From: Klebsormidium nitens
Lineage: Eukaryota > Plantae > Klebsormidiophyceae
Reading direction: 5' to 3'
Assembly: GCA_000708835.1 (NCBI GenBank)
Contig: DF237025.1
Span: 172,959-236,958 of the forward strand
DNA: 64,000 nucleotides
Below the pieces are notes generated by a model. The model saw nothing but the letters and a program-made list of their open reading frames with translations, ran no database searches and was not told the DNA's origin. A program made the translations under genes and the position numbers. The stretch's first letter is position 1; each line of letters opens with the position of its first letter. Shown one piece after another: positions 60,001-64,000 of this stretch.

Positions 60001-61541
60001 ACTGAGCTGGTCACGGTCAGCATGAGTCAACATAACCGTTGCACGAGTACTATGACAGCTTTCAGAGTTTTGTCAAAGGCCAGACACTGTCATAATGCAT
60101 TGCCAGTGGGCACGTCACAGGCTGCTACATGTCAAACAAACAGAAGGCTCCTGGGTAGTCAGCCAAAACCTTGCATGTGGAAGTTGGACTGTCAATGTAG
60201 TGATCTTCTAATCTCGTAATTCTGGTCAAAGGTTGAAGTTTTGAGGGGGCGCGCCATACTGGCTCTGGCAACTTGACATTCTCAGAAGTAGTGTGCTTCC
60301 AGAATGAATCTAGAAAGAATCTACTCTACTTTCGTCAGCCAGCAGAAAAGCGTGAAAAGCATCCGGCAAGGATTACTCCTGGTTTACGAGCCACTAACCT
60401 GGAATTCTAGCGCCTCGCAGACGAGCTTCTCCTTCGGCGTCTCGAGCAGGTCAACGACTGGCTTGCAGCCAGACGAACAGACTGCAGGGTTCTTTCCATG
60501 AACAAAACCTGCATAAACATGATTATTGCACTCTTAACTTCGTGTTCCTCAAGTGGGCTCTAGCCAGCAATATCCAAACCTTCTGCTTGGTAAACGAGTG
60601 CGCTGAACCAGTTAGCAACCAGGTTTTCTTTCTGGTCGCTCTTTTGAAAGATGGAAGAATATGAAAGACCTGCTTGGAGCAATTGATAAGGGGTTGTTAA
60701 CACTTAAGGGTGCTGATTTTTCGAAGCGGACTTGAAGGCTTTGGTTGAGAGGGGAGGCTATCCTTTGCTGCTGCCAAACAGAGCCTCGGCAGATGCTTGA
60801 ATCAGCAAATCAGCAAGGAGTGCCGCTTACAATTCAGACTGCTACTGCATTATTGATGCACCAAGGCAGACCGCAAGGGTTCTCAAATCAACAGAACCAA
60901 CTTCTTCTGAATCACAGGCTTTGCGGTGCATCCCACTCTAGTTTTGGCCGGCACCAACTCAGTCAGCTTTTGGTGAGTCCCCTCTGCTTCAGACACTCAC
61001 CAGGCTCTGGAATCATGTCAATATCTTCAAGTCTCTGATGCAACTCCCTTAAACATCTAGTCTTTGCAGGCAAGAGCTTGACAGTGACTGCTCCCACAAT
61101 ATCAGAGATTACACTCTTGGCTTCTTTGCTTACCTTTGACATGGTCCCTGGATGTCACTCAACAAACATGATCTGTTGTAACTCCTCCCAACACTTCGGC
61201 TTAGCAAGAAAAACCTTGCTCATCTTAAGCAGGCCCTCTTTCAAGAATGATGAGAGGACGTCTTTGACAGCCAGCTTGCAGTCTTTCTTTCGCTTATTGA
61301 TGGGGTATTTTTGCACATCTTAGCACGCCTCACCTGGATAGGGTGTAACTGTGACAGTCCCGTGCTTGAAAGGGCAGCTTGGTGCGTCCCATGCTGGCCT
61401 CTCATCGTCGCTTTTCTCCCAGCCAGCTTGATGACGACACTTCTCGGTATCCAATTTTGGCTCCTTCTCACTGCTGTCATCAACAGCGGGCAACTCCGCT
61501 GATATCCGGGGTCTTCCAAAGCAATTCGCAAATGGACCCAT
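48047..61541 (-). CDS. NOS: Full-length nitric oxide synthase (oxygenase + CaM-binding linker + FMN/FAD/NADPH reductase), about 1099 aa; 23 exons: 61541-61334, 60508-60399, 59827-59707, 59298-59201, 58730-58583, 58186-58094, 57517-57295, 56990-56849, 56269-56186, 55435-55097, 54658-54516, 54061-53916, 53699-53590, 53066-52964, 52453-52304, 51920-51682, 51267-51176, 50640-50508, 50285-50160, 49579-49398, 49019-48911, 48568-48460, 48138-48047
   Basis: Heme-thiolate AWRNAPKCSNRKYW, RVWNLQLMRFAGY, FDILPL, LRWYGIPCVSDM, substrate Glu in WYADTEIIRN, DHH, WKWIIPP. Flavodoxin MYASMTGTA and FSVFGLGSRAYPRFC, FAD RHYSVASS, NADPH MVAAGTGFAPLRGF, FSR...KEYVQD, YVCG, RYHEEVF. All junctions GT-AG and phase-consistent (3300 nt). 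An in-frame TGA lies 9 nt upstream of the ATG. Confidence 0.95.
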
Positions 61542-62162
61542 GGCCGATCAGGAAGAAACAGTTTGCTTCGGAAGTTTGCCTGCTGCTGAGAGGGACGCTC
61601 TGAGAAAGCTGGTGCGGCGCCGGAAAGATCTCATAGTTAGAATTATGAGAAGGCTCTCAAATTAGAGTCTCAATTGAGTTTTTGGAAGGGCGGGCCTCGA
61701 AGGGTGGCTTGAAAGACAGCTCCCTAGCTGCGCTGATCGCGTCCCTTTGTAACCTTTCAAGAGTACTTCTATGTGGCCTGAAAGATGGCAATCGAGTAGA
61801 TGATATAGGTGTACTACCCAGTTGCTGCATAATGCAACCAAGTCTTACTTGAAGTGATCGACTGTGTCTGAATTGTGCAAGCTGACATTTTAAGCGAGGG
61901 CTCGCCTCTGCTCTGGGCTTCCAGCTTCTTTCCAACAGCCCCGGAAAAGTCGCGGGATGGCATCGCGGCAATGATGAGCGAACAAACACAGGTGTACCTT
62001 ACTTGGAGCTGTGTCAGAGCCATGCACGATGCCATCCCGGCCGGACTCAATCGCTCGGTCTCCTCAGGCTCAGCCAATGGCCGGCATTAGAAAAGTCAAC
62101 CAGCTATATGTGGTTAGTTACCGTACATGGCTCGAGCTACCCAAGTTTTGCGAGAGTTTTGC

Positions 62163-62610
62163 ATCTAGGTCATAGTCACCGCATCCTATATTCTAGTATT
62201 TTATTCAGACCCCTCAAATCTTGAAAATCCTAGTATTTTATTCAAAGCAGATCTCAAATTCGATAGAATCCTATGCGCGCCGTGCGCGGCAGCCCCCTCT
62301 CAAGGCCCTTTCAAACATGCTCGGAAACAGATATTAAAGGCAACAAGGTTTTTTAGTTTGCGGTATATATTCGTTGGATTTGAAAGTACAATTACCAAGT
62401 TATGCCATTATATACGAGAGAATATGCAGTGTCAGGGTTGGAACCTTCCTGGTGTGAATCGTCGTTCTTGTAGGCTGGACAGCCTGCGCTTTGGACTCAA
62501 GTCGGATTTTGGATAGGATTTTTATAGGATTTTTTTCGGGAGCCTATCATCCTATAAAATCCTAGTATTTTATTCTTCCCCGAATAGGATGCGGTGACTA
62601 TGATCTAGGT
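62163..62610. mobile_element. 432-bp MITE (62171-62602) with 19-bp TIRs and 8-bp TSD, P-element-like (or hAT) termini
   Basis: ATCTAGGT (62163-70) | CATAGTCACCGCATCCTAT ... ATAGGATGCGGTGACTATG | ATCTAGGT (62603-10). Internal subterminal direct repeats CTAGTATTTTATTC near 62193, 62230 and 62562. No ORF. Confidence 0.88.
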
Positions 62611-63129
62611 AGCAAAGACTAAGCACGCATAGGTATACCGTAGCAGCCTGAGTCTGCCTTGACCTCTAGTGGGTTATGTCAGTCAGAAGTAAGTACTGTC
62701 AGGGTTACAACTAAACCACGTCTTTGTCTGCAGCCTGCAACCCATTCTAGTCCATGTGACGAATTAGGATATTTCGAATCCTCCACACGCCGGGAGAACG
62801 GAGAGTCGAGGAAAGTGGGAATAGGCAGATAAGGGCAAATAAGAGGGCAGACTCAAAAAAGAGTTGCGCAGGCTCGGGGGAAGAAATTTTTTGAGTGCGC
62901 TAGGCCTATTCACACCCCGGGTCTGTACTCATTAGACCTAGTGAAGTACAGGTTGCGTACTCTCTTTTTGCGTACGTTTTTTCCAGTCTGTAGGTGTATA
63001 TACACCTACTTTTATTGTGGCCGTCCATTGCGTACATACAGATTAGGGTTCCAGAACATTCTGATTTGCATGCTCCGATTGAGCTGAAAAACGAGCTGGG
63101 GAGCCATTTGAGCTCACAGCGTTGCCTCT

Positions 63130-64000
63130 ATGGCGGCAGAACGGGACGACATCGCTGGGTTGCAATCCAAGAGCGAGGAGCTTCTAGAAACCATTGCAAA
63201 TTTGGAGGTGACTTTAGAAGCTGAAAAAGCAGCTACGTTAGCTGACTCGCAGAGCATTACCAAGGAATTTGATCTACGTGTGAAACAAGCTCAAAGCGAT
63301 TTGTACCGGCAACGAGACAGGATAATCAACGACCTTTACAAGAATTCCAAGGGACGCTGTGCAGTGCTTACGCAGCAGATTTAATCCGCTAGCAGAGAGT
63401 TGGCGTCTGTACAGCTTCATTTGCAATCACTGCGCAAGAAGCAAAGCAAGAATAGCGACAATGTCGTCACAGCTGGAGGAGTCAGCGAGCTCAGGCAGCC
63501 AGTCATTGGTCCCAGTCATTCCGAGCGAGATTCCGGAAGTGTGAGTCAGGGAGGATCTCCCCCTGTACATGTGGCCGACCAATCGCAGGGCTCAGGCAGC
63601 GTCATCAGCGAACGCAGGAAACGGGGCAGAAGCCCTGACACAGCAGGAAGCAAAGAGAGCTAAAACCATCTTCAGTGTAACCATGAGCTGGTTGGGTGGG
63701 GACATTCCTGAGGTTGCAGAAGAGGGCATTCGTACTTTTTTTCAGTCAGCATGCACTAGGGCATACGCAGGCAGGGTGTAACGATTACGACTCGTTAAGC
63801 CTAACCTCGTTCTCGACAGGATTTCGTTGACCTGCGGGTTAGCGAAACGGCGGTGGTCACGTCTTAACGACGCACTGCGTGGCTGTCTGCAAGACGCCGT
63901 AATATCCCGGATGGATCGGCTTCAGTGAGCCGATGTCACCGTTCAGGATAAGTTGTGTTCGGCTTCGCCGTTCGATGCAGCCAAGCTTATCTGTGTTCTA
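63130..64000 (+). pseudogene. Degenerate coding relic: coiled-coil N-terminus and low-complexity linker, interrupted by stops and a frameshift; possibly a LINE ORF1-like or other TE remnant
   Basis: ORFs 63130-63384 and 63400-63663 share one frame separated by a single TAA. A protein-like frame continues after 63664 with stops at about 63779 and 63926. Family assignment is not secure and a spliced gene cannot be excluded. Confidence 0.3.

Noticed and set aside
60540-61320. Protein-like, stop-poor minus-strand frame in NOS intron 1
   Set aside because: Interrupted by stops, no recognisable family, and no splice signals that would insert it in frame.
11688-61541. Idea of a nitrogen/NO functional gene cluster (PYD3, class II LBD, NOS)
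   Set aside because: The genes are 7-25 kb apart, interleaved with housekeeping genes, and no shared regulatory signal was seen; chance adjacency is sufficient.
61990-62100. Putative NOS 5'-UTR exon with upstream ATGs (uORF regulation)
   Set aside because: A donor-like CAA|GTAAGG exists but the transcript structure is unknown, so uORFs cannot be supported without TSS data.

Overview
Eukaryotic nuclear DNA, intron-rich, most likely a streptophyte (charophyte) alga such as Klebsormidium. This is an inference from land-plant-type genes (UGP3, CGF, ASHH1, class II LBD) occurring together with a full-length nitric oxide synthase. I assembled exons by hand from GT/GC-AG boundaries, phase arithmetic and recalled family motifs; no database search was run. 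Gene order: 3' end of a CGF/NiCoT-like membrane protein (+), UGP3 (+), beta-ureidopropionase PYD3 (-), ASHH1/SDG26-type SET methyltransferase (+), class II LBD transcription factor (-), SART3/PRP24 (-), TMEM245/AI-2E-like membrane protein carrying two frameshifts (+), intronless BTB-BACK-MATH protein (+), a 23-exon NOS (-), and a degenerate coiled-coil ORF at the right edge. Two non-autonomous DNA transposons have clean termini: a 1082-bp TTAA/CCCT piggyBac-type element and a 432-bp CATAG-TIR element with an 8-bp TSD upstream of NOS. A recurring pattern is 'splice-site echoes': decayed tandem copies of exon-intron junctions inside introns of four different genes. No rRNA, tRNA or CRISPR array could be supported.
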